From Eledone cirrhosa (taxonomy: Eukaryota): DNA of 64,000 bases. Below are positions 27,001-41,144 of the stretch, piece after piece. Position 1 is the first letter of the stretch. Each line of letters starts with the position of its first letter. The translations under genes were made by a program, and so were the position numbers. The stretch spans positions 24,242,001-24,306,000 of the forward strand of contig OZ024759.1 of NCBI GenBank assembly GCA_964016885.1, read 5' to 3'. Below the pieces are notes generated by a model. It was not told the DNA's origin and did not search any database. It was given only the letters and a program-made list of their open reading frames with translations.

Positions 27001-28235
27001 TTTGAGCCCAGTTTACTTCGATATGTCTCTATATATCTCTATTTTCCTTTTAACGGAAAACACCATGCTGTCTGGCTATCTCATTCCCAAGCTACCTCAT
27101 ACTCTCTACCTCTTTCTGAGTAATCCCTTGCTTGTCTTTCAAGCAAGTTGGTCTTTACTCCTATCGACGTATAAACCTTTACACTATCTCATAACCATTC
27201 CTATATTCGTCTTTCCAAGTCATGTGCTTTCACACTTTGAGCCCAGTTTACTTCGATATATCTCTATATATCTCTATCTTCCTTTTAACGGAAAACACCA
27301 TGCTGTCTGGCTATCTCTCACCCAATCTACCTCATACTCTCTACCTCTTTTTGAGTAATCCCTTGCTTGTCTTTCAAGCAAGTTGGTCTTTACTCCCATG
27401 GACGTATAAGCCTTTACACTATCTCATAACCATTCCTATATTCGTCTTTGCAAGTCATGTGAATTAACACTTTGAGCCCAGTTTACTTCGATATATCTCT
27501 ATATATCTCTATTTTCCTTTTAACGGAAACCACCATGCTGTCTGGCTATCTCTCTCCCAATCTACCTCATACTCTCTAGCACTTTTTTAGTAATCCCTTG
27601 CTTGTCTTTCAAGCAAGTTGGTCTTTACTCCTATGGACGTATAAACCTTTACACTATATCATAACCATTCCTATATTCGTCTTTCCAAGTCATGTGCTTT
27701 CACACTTTGAGCCCAGTTTACTTCGATATATCTCTATATATCTCTATCTTCCTTTTAGCGGAAAAGACCATGCTGTCTGGCTATCTCTCTCCCAATCTAC
27801 CTCATACTCTCTAGCACTTTTTTAGTAATCCCTTGCTTGTCTTTCAAGCAAGTTGGTCTTTACTCCTATAGACGTATAAACCTTTACACTATCTCATAAC
27901 CATTCCTATATTCGTCTTTCCAAGTCATGTGCTTTCACACTTTGAGCCCAGTTTACTTCGATATATCACTATATATCTCTATTTTCCTTTTAACGGAAAA
28001 CACCTTGCTGTCTGTTTATCTCTCTCCCAATCTACCTCATACTCTCTACCTCTTTTTGAGTAACCCTTGCTTGTCTTTCAAGCAAGTTGGTCTTTACTCC
28101 TATGGACGTATAAACCTTTACACTTTATCATAACCATTCCTATATTCATCTTTCCAAGTTATGTGCTTTAACATTTTGAGCCCAGTTTACTTCGATATAT
28201 CCCTATATATCTCTATTTTCCTTTTAACGGAAAAC
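15013..28235. repeat. 28-mer tandem duplication (period 6,581 bp), 2 copies
   Basis: Every rare marker I checked repeats at offset 6581: GAGACC (15960/22541), GAACCCGG (18545/25126), AATCAACC, GATATGTC, GTGAATTAAC, TTAGCGGAAAAGACC, CCTATAGACG. The ORF track is identical from 15235/21816 to 21346/27927. Confidence 0.95.
16409..17818. repeat. 3-mer duplication (period 705 bp) nested in the 28-mer; also at 22990-24399 and 57084-58493
   Basis: The series TTTCCTCCTATCGACG / CTAGCACTTTTTTAG..TTCATC / CACATTTTG..ACCTTG..CTCTATCTC occurs twice in tandem at offset 705. Confidence 0.88.
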
Positions 28236-31200
28236 TCCATGCTGTCTGGCTATCTCTCTCCCAATCTACCTCATACTCTCTAGCACTTTTTTAGTAATCC
28301 CTTGCTTGTCTTTCAAGCAAGTTGGTCTTTACTCCTATGGACGTATAAACCTTTACACTATCTCATAACCATTCCTATATTCGTCTTTCCAAGTCATGTG
28401 CTTTCACACTTTGAGCCCAGTTTACTTCGATATATCTCTATATATCTCTATTTTCCTTTTAACGGAAAACACCATGCTGTCTGGCTATCTCTCTCCCAAT
28501 CTACCTCATACTCTCTACCTCTTTTTGAGTAATCCCTTGCTTGTCTTTCAAGCAAGTTGGTCTTTTCTCCTATGGACGTATAAACCTTTACACTATCTCA
28601 TAACCATTCCTATATTCGTCTTTCCAAAACATGTGCTTTAACACTTGGAGCCCAGTTTACTTCGATATATCCCTATATATCTCTATTTTCCTTTTAACGG
28701 AAAACACCATGCTGTCTGGCTCACTCTCTCCCTTATCTACCTCATGCGATCTACCTCTTTTTGAGTAATCCCTTGCTTGTCTTTCAAGCAAGTTGGTCTT
28801 TACTCCTATGGACGTATAAACCTTTACACTATCTCATAACCATTCCTATATTCGTCTTTCCAAGTCATGTGCTTTCACACTTTGAGCCCAGTTTACTTCG
28901 ATATATCTCTATATATCTCTATCTTCCTTTTAACGGAAAACACCATGCTGTCTGGCTATCTCTCACCGAATCTACCTCATACTCTCTACCTCTTTTTGAG
29001 TAATCCCTTGCTTGTCTTTCAAGCAAGTTGGTCTTTACTCCTATGGACGTATAAACCTTTACACTATCTCATAACCATTCCTATATTCGTCTTTCCAAGT
29101 CATGTGCTTTCACACTTTGAGCCCAGTTTACTTCGATATATCTCTATATATCTCTATTTTCCTTTTAACGGAAAACACGATGCTGTCTGGCTATCTCTCT
29201 CCCAATCTACCTCATACTCTCTACCTCTTTTTGAGTAATCCCTTGCTTGTCTTTCAAGCAAGTTGGTCTTTACTCCTATGGACGTATAAACCTTTACACT
29301 ATCTCATAACCATTCCTATATTCGTCTTTCCAAGTCATGTGCTTTCACACTTTGAGCCCAGTTTACTTCGATATATCTCTATATATCTCTATTTTCCTTT
29401 TAACGGAAAACACCATGCTGTCTGGCTATGTCTCTCCCAATCTACCTCATACTCTCTACCTCTTTTTGAGTAATCCCTTGCTTGCCTTTCAAGCAAGTTG
29501 GTCTTTGCCCCTATGGACGTATAAACCTTTACACTATCTCATAACCATTCCTATATTCGTCTTTCCAAAACATGTGCTTTAACACTTTGAGCCCAGTTTA
29601 CTTCGATATATCCCTATATATCTCTATTTTCCTTTTAACGGAAAACACCATGCTGCCTGGCTCACTCTCTCCCTTATCTACCTCATGCGATCTACCTCTT
29701 TTTGAGTAATCCCTTGCTTGTCTTTCAAGCAAGTTGGTCTTTACTCCTATGGACGTATAAACCTTTACACTATCTCATAACCATTCCTATATTCGTCTTT
29801 CCAAGTCATGTGCTTTCACACTTTGAGCCCAGTTTACTTCGATATATCTCTATATATCTCTATCTTCCTTTTAACGGAAAACACCATGCTGTCTGGCTAT
29901 CTCTCACCCAATCTACCTCATACTCTCTACCTCTTTTTGAGTAATCCCTTGCTTGTCTTTCAAGCAAGTTGGTCTTTACTCCTATGGACGTATAAACCTT
30001 TACACTATCTGATAACCAGTCCTATATTCGTCTTTCCAAGTCATGTGCTTTCACACTTTGAGCCCAGTTTACTTCGATATATCCCTATATATCTCTATTT
30101 TCCTTTTAACGCAAAACACCTTGCTGTCTGTTTATCTCTCTCCCAATCTACCTCATACTCTCTACCTCTTTTTGAGTAACCCTCGCTTGTCTTTCAAGCA
30201 AGTTGGTCTTTACTCCTATGGACGTATAAACCTTTACACTTTATCATAACCATTCCTATATTCATCTTTCCAAGTTATGTGCTTTAACATTTTGAGCCCA
30301 GTTTACTTCGATATATCCCTATATATCTCTATTTTCCTTTTAACGGAAAACTCCATGCTGTCTGGCTATCTCTCTCCCAATCTACCTCATACTCTTTAGC
30401 ACTTTTTTAGTAATCCCTTGCTTGTCTTTCAAGCAAGTTGGTCTTTACTCCTATGGACGTATAAACCTTTACACTATCTCATAACCATTCCTATATTCGT
30501 CTTTCCAAGTCATGTGCTTTCACACTTTGAGCCCAGTTTACTTCGATATATCTCTATATATCTCTATTTTCCTTTTAACGGAAAACACCATGCTGTCTGG
30601 CTATCTCTCTCCCAATCTACCTCATACTCTCTACCTCTTTTTGAGTAATCCCTTGCTTGTCTTTCAAGCAAGTTGGTCTTTACTCCTATGGACGTATAAA
30701 CCTTTACACTATCTCATAACCATTCCTATATTCGTCTTTCCAAGTCATGTGCTTTCACACTTTGAGCCCAGTTTACTTCGATATATCTCTATATATCTCT
30801 ATTTTCCTTTTAACGGAAAACACCATGCTGTCTGGTTATCTCTCTCCCAATCTACCTCATACTCTCTACCTCTTTTTGAGTAATCCCTTGCTTGTCTTTC
30901 AAGCAAGTTGGTCTTTTCTCCTATGGACGTATAAACCTTTACACTATCTCATAACCATTCCTATATTCGTCTTTCCAAAACATGTGCTTTAACATTTTGA
31001 GCCCAGTTTACTTCGATATATCCCTATATATCTCTATTTTCCTTTTAACGGAAAACACCATGCTGTCTGGCTCACTCTCTCCCTTATCTACCTCATGCGA
31101 TCTACCTCTTTTTGAGTAATCCCTTGCTTGTCTTTCAAGCAAGTTGGTCTTTACTCCTATGGACGTATAAACCTTTACACTATCTCATAACCATTCCTAT

Positions 31201-32400
31201 ATTCGTCTTTCCAAGTCATGTGCTTTCACACTTTGAGCCCAGTTTACTTCGATATATCTCTATATATCTCTATCTTCCTTTTAACGGAAAACACCATGCT
31301 GTCTGGCTATCTCTCACCGAATCTACCTCATACTCTGTACCTCTTTTTGAGTAATCCCTTGCTTGTCTTTCAAGCAAGTTGGTCTTTACTCCTATGGTCA
31401 TATAAACCTTTACACTATCTCATAACCATTCCTATATTCGTCTTTCCAAGTCATGTGCTTTCACACTTTGAGCCCAGTTTACTTCGATATATCTCTATAT
31501 ATCTCTATTTTCCTTTTAACGGAAAACACGATGCTGTCTGGCTATCTCTCTCCCAATCTACCTCATACTCTCTACCTGTTTTTGAGTAATCCCTTGCTTG
31601 TCTTTCAAGCAAGTTGGTCTTTACTCCTATGGACGTATAAACCTTTACACTATCTCATAACCATTCCTATATTCGTCTTTCCAAGTCATGTGCTTTCACA
31701 CTTTGAGCCCAGTTTACTTCGATATATCTCTATATATCTCTATTTTCCTTTTAACGGAAAACACCATGCTGTCTGGCTATCTCTCTCCCAATCTACCTCA
31801 TACTCTCTACCTCTTTTTGAGTAATCCCTTGCTTGTCTTTCAAGCAAGTTGGTCTTTGCTCCTATGGACTTATAAACCTTTACACTATCTCATAACCATT
31901 CCTATATTCGTCTTTCCAAAACATGTGCTTTAACACTTTGAGCCCAGTTTACTTCGATATATCCCTATATATCTCTATTTTCCTTTTAACGGAAAACACC
32001 ATGCTGTCTGGCTCACTCTCTCCCTTATCTACCTCATGCGATCTACCTCTTTTTGAGTAATCCCTTGCTTGTCTTTCAAGCAAGTTGGTCTTTACTCCTA
32101 TGGACGTATAAACCTTTACACTATCTCATAACCATTCCTATATTCGTCTTTCCAAGTCATGTGCTTTCACACTTTGAGCCCAGTTTACTTCGATATATCT
32201 CTATATATCTCTATCTTCCTTTTAACGGAAAACACCATGCTGTCTGGCTATTTCTCACCGAATCTACCTCATACTCTCTACCTCTTTTTGAGTAATCCCT
32301 TGCTTGTCTTTCAAGCAAGTTGGTCTTTACTCCTATGGACGTATAAACCTTTACACTATCTCATAACCATTCCTATATTCGTCTTTCCAAGTCATGTGCT
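27927..32400. repeat. Older, diverged 9/10-mer duplicate pair (offset 2,116 then 2,351 bp)
   Basis: Shared markers: CTGTTTATC plus ACTTTATCAT (monomers 27927/30043), AAAACTCC (offset 2116), GTCTTTTCTCC (28396/30747), AACACGATG (29102/31453) and TCTTTGC (29337/31688) at offset 2351. Many private SNPs separate the two copies. Confidence 0.8.
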
Positions 32401-34415
32401 TTCACACTTTGAGCCCAGTTTACTTCGATATATCTCTATATATCTCTATTTTCCTTTTAACGGAAAACACCATGCTGTCTGGCTATCTCTCTCCCAATCT
32501 ACCTCATACTCTCTACCTCTTTTTGAGTAATCCCTTGCTTGTCTTTCAAGCAAGTTGGTCTTTACTCCTATGGACGTATAAACCTTTACACTATCTCATA
32601 ACCATTCCTATATTCGTCTTTCCAAAACATGTGCTTTAACACTTTGAGCCCAGTCTACTTCGATATATCCCTATATATCTCTATTTTCCTTTTAACGGAA
32701 AACACCATGCTGTCTGGCTCACTCTCTCCCTTAGCTACCTCATGCGATCTACCTCTTTTTGAGTAATCCCTTGCTTGTCTTTCAAGCAAGTTGGTCTTTA
32801 CTCCTATGGACGTATAAACCTTTACACTATCTCATAACCATTCCTATATTCGTCTTTCCAAGTCATGTGCTTTCACACTTTGAGCCCAGTTTACTTCGAT
32901 ATATCTCTATATATCTCTATCTTCCTTTTAACGGAAAGCACCATGCTGTCTGGCTATCTCTCACCGAATCTACCTCATACTCTCTACCTCTTTTTGAGTA
33001 ATCCCTTGCTTGTCTTTCAAGCAAGTTGGTCTTTACTCCTATGGACGTATAAACCTTTACACTATCTCATAACCATTCCTATATTCGTCTTTCCAAGTCA
33101 TGTGCTTTCACACTTTGAGCCCAGTTTACTTCGATATATCCCTATATATCTCTATTTTCCTTTTAACGGAAAACACCATGCTGTCTGGCTATCTCTCTCC
33201 CAATCTACCTCATACTCTCTACCTCTTTTTGAGTAATCCCTTGCTTGTCTTTCAAGCAAGTTGGTCTTTACTCCTATGGACGTATATACCTTTACACTAT
33301 CTCATAACCATTCCTATATTCGTCTTTCCAAAACATGTGCTTTAACACTTTGAGCCCAGTTTACTTCGATATATCCCTATATATCTCTATTTTCCTTTTA
33401 ACGGAAAACACCATGCTGTCTGGCTCTCTCTCTCCCTTATCTACCTCATGCGATCTACCTCTTTTTGAGTAATCCCTTGCTTGTCTTTCAAGCAAGTTGG
33501 TCTTTACTCCCATGGACGTATAAACCTTTACACTATCTCATAACCATTCCCATATTCGTCTTTCCAAGTCATGTGCTTTAACACTTTGAGCCCGGTTTAC
33601 TTCGATATATCTCTATATATCTCTATTTTCCTTTTAACGGAAAACACCATGCTGTCTGGCTATCTCTCTCCCAATCTACCTCATACTCTCTACCTCTTTT
33701 TGAGTAATCCCTTGCTTGTCTTTCAAGCAAGTTGGTCTTTACTCCTATGGACGTATAAACCTTTACACTATCTCATAACCATTCCTATATTCGTCTTTTC
33801 AAGTCATGTGCTTTCACACTTTGAGCCCAGTTTACTTCGATATATCTCTATATATCTCTATTTTCCTTTTAACGGAAAACACCATACTGTCTGGCTATCT
33901 CTCTCCCAATCTACCTCATACTCTCTACCTCTTTTTGAGTAATCCCTTGCTTGTCTTTCAAGCAAGTTGGTCTTTACTCCTATGGACGTATAAACCTTTA
34001 CACTATCTCATAACCATTCCTATATTCGTCTTTCCAAGTCATGTGCTTTCACACTTTGAGCCCAGTTTACTTCGATATATCTCTATATAGCTCTATCTTC
34101 CTTTTAACGGAAAACACCATGCTGTCTGGCTCTCTCTCTCCCTTATCTACCTCATGCGATCTACCTCTTTTTGAGTAATCCCTTGCTTGTCTTTCAAGCA
34201 AGTTGGTCTTTACTCCCATGGACGTATAAACCTTTACACTATCTCATAACCATTCCCATATTCGTCTTTCCAAGACATGTGCTTTAACACTTTGAGCCCG
34301 GTTTACTTCGATATATCTCTATATATCTCTATTTTCCTTTTAACGGAAAACACCATGCTGTCTGGCTATCTCTCTCCCAATCTACCTCATACTCTCTACC
34401 TCTTTTTGAGTAATC

Positions 34416-37400
34416 CCTTGCTTGTCTTTCAAGCAAGTTGGTCTTTACTCCTATGGACGTATAAACCTTTACACTATCTCATAACCATTCCTATATTCGT
34501 CTTTCCAAGTCATGTGCTTTCACACTTTGAGCCCAGTTTACTTCGATATATCTCTATATATCTCTATTTTCCTTTTAACGGAAAACACCATGCTGTCTGG
34601 CTATCTCTCTCCCAATCTACCTCATACTCTCTACCTCTTTTTGAGTAATCCCTTGCTTGTCTTTCAAGCAAGTTGGTCTTTACTCCTATGGACGTATAAA
34701 CCTTTACACTATCTCATAACCATTCCTATATTCGTCTTTCCAAGTCATGTGCTTTCACACTTTGAGCCCAGTTTACTTCGATATATCTCTATATAGCTCT
34801 ATCTTCCTTTTAACGGAAAACACCATGCTGTCTGGCTATCTCTCACCCAATCTACCTCATACTCTCTACCTCTTTTTGAGTAATCCCTTGCTTGTCTTTC
34901 AAGCAAGTTGGTCTTTACTCCTATGGACGTATAAACCTTTACACTATCTCATAACCATTCCTATATTCGTCTTTCCAAGTCATGTGCTTTCACACTTTGA
35001 GCCCAGTTTACTTCGATATATCTCTATATATCTCTATCTTCCTTTTAACGGAAAACACCATGCTGTCTGGCTATCTCTCTCCCAATCTACCTCATACTCT
35101 CTAGCACTTTTTTAGTAATCCCTTGCTTGTCTTTCAAGCAAGTTGGTCTTTACTCCTATGGACGTATAAACCTTTACACTATCTCATAACCATTCCTATA
35201 TTCGTCTTTCCAAGTCATGTGCTTTCACACTTTGAGCCCAGTTTACTTCGATATATCCCTATATATCTCTATTTTCCTTTTAACGGAAAACACCATGCTG
35301 TCTGGCTATCTCTCTCCCAATCTACCTCATACTCTCTACCTCTTTTTGAGTAATCCCTTGCTTGTCTTTCAAGCAAGTTGGTCTTTACTCCTATGGACGT
35401 ATATACCTTTACACTATCTCATAACCATTCCTATATTCGTCTTTCCAAAACATGTGCTTTAACACTTTGAGCCCAGTTTACTTCGATATATCCCTATATA
35501 TCTCTATTTTCCTTTTAACGGAAAACACCATGCTGTCTGGCTCTCTCTCTCCCTTATCTACCTCATGCGATCTACCTCTTTTTGAGTAATCCCTTGCTTG
35601 TCTTTCAAGCAAGTTGGACTTTACTCCCATGGACGTATAAACCTTTACACTATCTCATAACCATTCCCATATTCGTCTTTCCAAGTCATGTGCTTTAACA
35701 CTTTGAGCCCAGTTTACTTCGATATATCTCTATATATCTCTATTTTCCTTTTAACGGAAAACACCATGCTGTCTGGCTATCTCTCTCCCAATCTACCTCA
35801 TACTCTCTACCTCTTTTTGAGTAATCCCTTGCTTGTCTTTCAAGCAAGTTGGTCTTTACTCCTATGGACGTATAAACCTTTACACTATCTCATAACCATT
35901 CCTATATTCGTCTTTCCAAGTCATGTGCTTTCACACTTTGAGCACAGTTTACTTCGATATATCCCTATATATCTCTATTTTCCTTTTAACGGAAAACACC
36001 ATGCTGTCTGGCTCACTCTCTCCCTTAGCTACCTCATGCGATCTACCTCTTTTTGAGTAATCCCTTGCTTGTCTTTCAAGCAAGTTGGTCTTTACTCCTA
36101 TGGACGTATAAACCTTTACACTATCTCATAACCATTCCTATATTCGTCTTTCCAAGTCATGTGCTTTCACACTTTGAGCCCAGTTTACTTCGATATATCT
36201 CTATATATCTCTATCTTCCTTTTAACGGAAAGCACCATGCTGTCTGGCTATCTCTCACCGAATCTACCTCATACTCTCTACCTCTTTTTGAGTAATCCCT
36301 TGCTTGTCTTTCAAGCAAGTTGGTCTTTACTCCTATGGACGTATAAACCTTTACACTATCTCATAACCATTCCTATATTCGTCTTTCCAAGTCATGTGCT
36401 TTCACACTTTGAGCCCAGTTTACTTCGATATATCCCTATATATCTCTATTTTCCTTTTAACGGAAAACACCATGCTGTCTGGCTATCTCTCTCCCAATCT
36501 ACCTCATACTCTCTACCTCTTTTTGAGTAATCCCTTGCTTGTCTTTCAAGCAAGTTGGTCTTTACTCCTATGGACGTATATACCTTTACACTATCTCATA
36601 ACCATTCCTATATTCGTCTTTCCAAAACATGTGCTTTAACACTTTGAGCCCAGTTTACTTCGATATATCCCTATATATCTCTATTTTCCTTTTAACGGAA
36701 AACACCTTGCTGTCTGGCTATCTCTCTCCCAATCTACCTCATACTCTCTACCTCTTTTTGAGTAACCCTTGCTTGTCTTTCAAGCAAGTTGGTCTTTACT
36801 CCTATGGACGTATGAACCTTTACACTATCTCATAACCATTCCTATATTCGTCTTTCCAAAACATGTGCTTTAACACTTTGAGCCCAGTTTACTTCGATAT
36901 ATCCCTATATATCTCTATTTTCCTTTTAACGGAAAACACCATGCTGTCTGGCTCTCTCTCTCCCTTATCTACCTCATGCGATCTACCTCTTTTTGAGTAA
37001 CCCTTGCTTGTCTTTCAAGCAAGTTGGTCTTTACTCCTATGGACGTATAAACCTTTACACTATCTCATAACCATTCCTATATTCGTCTTTCCAAGTCATG
37101 TGCTTTCACACTTTGAGCCCAGTTTACTTCGATATATCTCTATATATCTCTATTTTCCTTTTAACGGAAAACACCATGCTGTCTGGCTATCTCTCTCCCA
37201 ATCTACCTCATACTCTCTACCTCTTTTTGAGTAATCCCTTGCTTGTCTTTCAAGCAAGTTGGTCTTTACTCCTATGGACGTATAAACCTTTACACTATCT
37301 CATAACCATTCCTATATTCGTCTTTCCAAGTCATGTGCTTTCACACTTTGAGCCCAGTTTACTTCGATATATCTCTATATAGCTCTATCTTCCTTTTAAC

Positions 37401-39586
37401 GGAAAACACCATGCTGTCTGGCTATCTCTCACCCAATCTACCTCATACTCTCTACCTCTTTTTGAGTAATCCCTTGCTTGTCTTTCAAGCAAGTTGGTCT
37501 TTACTCCTATGGACGTATAAACCTTTACACTATCTCATAACCATTCCTATATTCGTCTTTCCAAGTCATGTGCTTTCACACTTTGAGCCCAGTTTACTTC
37601 GATATATCTCTATATATCTCTATATTCCTTTTAACGGAAAACACCATGCTGTCTGGCTATCTCTCTCCCAATCTACCTCATACTCTCTAGCACTTTTTTA
37701 GTAATCCCTTGCTTGTCTTTCAAGCAAGTTGGTCTTTACTCCTATGGACGTATAAACCTTTACACTATCTCATAACCATTCCTATATTCGTCTTTCCAAG
37801 TCATGTGCTTTCACACTTTGAGCCCAGTTTACTTCGATATATCCCTATATATCTCTATTTTCCTTTTAACGGAAAACACCATGCTGTCTGGCTATCTCTC
37901 TCCCAATCTACCTCATACTCTCTACCTCTTTTTGAGTAATCCCTTGCTTGTCTTTCAAGCAAGTTGGTCTTTACTCCTATGGACGTATATACCTTTACAC
38001 TATCTCATAACCATTCCTATATTCGTCTTTCCAAAACATGTGCTTTAACACTTTGAGCCCAGTTTACTTCGATATATCCCTATATATCTCTATTTTCCTT
38101 TTAACGGAAAACACCATGCTGTCTGGCTCTCTCTCTCCCTTATCTACCTCATGCGATCTACCTCTTTTTGAGTAATCCCTTGCTTGTCTTTCAAGCAAGT
38201 TGGTCTTTACTCCCATGGACGTATAAACCTTTACACTATCTCATAACCATTCCCATATTCGTCTTTCCAAGTCATGTGCTTTAACACTTTGAGCCCAGTT
38301 TACTTCGATATATCTCTATATATCTCTATTTTCCTTTTAACGGAAAACACCATGCTGTCTGGCTATCTCTCTCCCAATCTACCTCATACTCTCTACCTCT
38401 TTTTGAGTAATCCCTTGCTTGTCTTTCAAGCAAGTTGGTCTTTACTCCTATGGACGTATAAACCTTTACACTATCTCATAACCATTCCTATATTCGTCTT
38501 TCCAAGTCATGTGCTTTCACACTTTGAGCACAGTTTACTTCGATATATCCCTATATATCTCTATTTTCCTTTTAACGGAAAACACCATGCTGTCTGGCTC
38601 ACTCTCTCCCTTAGCTACCTCATGCGATCTACCTCTTTTTGAGTAATCCCTTGCTTGTCTTTCAAGCAAGTTGGTCTTTACTCCTATGGACGTATAAACC
38701 TTTACACTATCTCATAACCATTCCTATATTCGTCTTTCCAAGTCATGTGCTTTCACACTTTGAGCCCAGTTTACTTCGATATATCTCTATATATCTCTAT
38801 CTTCCTTTTAACGGAAAGCACCATGCTGTCTGGCTATCTCTCACCGAATCTACCTCATACTCTCTACCTCTTTTTGAGTAATCCCTTGCTTGTCTTTCAA
38901 GCAAGTTGGTCTTTACTCCTATGGACGTATAAACCTTTACACTATCTCATAACCATTCCTATATTCGTCTTTCCAAGTCATGTGCTTTCACACTTTGAGC
39001 CCAGTTTACTTCGATATATCCCTATATATCTCTATTTTCCTTTTAACGGAAAACACCATGCTGTCTGGCTATCTCTCTCCCAATCTACCTCATACTCTCT
39101 ACCTCTTTTTGAGTAATCCCTTGCTTGTCTTTCAAGCAAGTTGGTCTTTACTCCTATGGACGTATATACCTTTACACTATCTCATAACCATTCCTATATT
39201 CGTCTTTCCAAAACATGTGCTTTAACACTTTGAGCCCAGTTTACTTCGATATATCCCTATATATCTCTATTTTCCTTTTAACGGAAAACACCTTGCTGTC
39301 TGGCTATCTCTCTCCCAATCTACCTCATACTCTCTACCTCTTTTTGAGTAACCCTTGCTTGTCTTTCAAGCAAGTTGGTCTTTACTCCTATGGACGTATG
39401 AACCTTTACACTATCTCATAACCATTCCTATATTCGTCTTTCCAAAACATGTGCTTTAACACTTTGAGCCCAGTTTACTTCGATATATCCCTATATATCT
39501 CTATTTTCCTTTTAACGGAAAACACCATGCTGTCTGGCTCTCTCTCTCCCTTATCTACCTCATGCGATCTACCTCTTTTTGAGTAA
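34416..39586. repeat. 11-mer higher-order repeat (period 2,586 bp), 2 copies plus a partial related third
   Basis: ORF and variant series repeats at offset 2586 (34747/37333, 35688/38274, 36629/39215). Shared markers are GAGCACAG in a 236-bp monomer and TATGAACC in a 234-bp monomer. Confidence 0.88.
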
Positions 39587-41144
39587 TCCCTTGCTTGCCT
39601 TTCAAGCAAGTTGGTCTTTACTCCCATGGACGTATAAACCTTTACACTATCTCATAACCATTCCCATATTCGTCTTTCCAAGTCATGTGCTTTAACACTT
39701 TGAGCCCGGTTTACTTCGATATATCTCTATATATCTCTATTTTCCTTTTAACGGAAAACACCATGCTGTCTGGCTATCTCTCTCCCAATCTACCTCATAC
39801 TCTCTACCTCTTTTTGAGTAATCCCTTGCTTGTCTTTCAAGCAAGTTGGTCTTTACTCCTATGGACGTATAAACCTTTACACTATCTCATAACCATTCCT
39901 ATATTCGTCTTTCCAAGTCATGTGCTTTCACACTTTGAGCCCAGTTTACTTCGATATATCTCTATATATCTCTATTTTCCTTTTAACGGAAAACACCATG
40001 CTGTCTGGCTATCTCTCTCCCAATCTACCTCATACTCTCTACCTCTTTTTGAGTAATCCCTTGCTTGTCTTTCAAGCAAGTTGGTCTTTACTCCTATGGA
40101 CGTATAAACCTTTACACTATCTCATAACCATTCCTATATTCGTCTTTCCAAGTCATGTGCTTTCACACTTTGAGCCCAGTTTACTTCGATATATCTCTAT
40201 ATAGCTCTATCTTCCTTTTAACGGAAAACACCATGCTGTCTGGCTATCTCTCACCCAATCTACCTCATACTCTCTACCTCTTTTTGAGTAATCCCTTGCT
40301 TGTCTTTCAAGCAAGTTGGTCTTTACTCCTATGGACGTATAAACCTTTACACTATCTCATAACCATTCCTATATTCGTCTTTCCAAGTCATGTGCTTTCA
40401 CACTTTGAGCCCAGTTTACTTCGATATATCTCTATATATCTCTATCTTCCTTTTAACGGAAAACACCATGCTGTCTGGCTATCTCTCTCCCAATCTACCT
40501 CATACTCTCTAGCACTTTTTTAGTAATCCCTTGCTTGTCTTTCAAGAAAGTTGGTCTTTACTCCTATGGACGTATAAACCTTTACACTATCTCATAACCA
40601 TTCCTATATTCATCTTTCCAAGTCATGTGCTTTCACATTTTGAGCCCAGTTTACTTCGATATATCCCTATATATCTCTATTTTCCTTTTAACGGAAAACA
40701 CCATGCTGTCTGGCTATCTCTCTCCCAATCTACCTCATACTCTCTACCTCTTTTTGAGTAATCCCTTGCTTGTCTTTCAAGCAAGTTGGTCTTTACTCCT
40801 ATGGACGTATAAACCTTTACACTATCTCATAACCATTCCTATATTCGTCTTTCCAAGTCATGTGCTTTCACACTTTGAGCCCAGTTTACTTCGATATATC
40901 TCTATATATCTCTATTTTCCTTTTAACGGAAAACACCATGCTGTCTGGCTCACTCACTCCCTTAGCTACCTCATGCGATCTACCTCTTTTTGAGTAATCC
41001 CTTGCTTGTCTTTCAAGCAAGTTGGTCTTTACTCCTATGGACGTATAAACCTTTACACTATCTCATAACCATTCCTATATTCGTCTTTCCAAGTCATGTG
41101 CTTTCACACTTTGAGCCCAATTTACTTCGATATATCCCTATATA

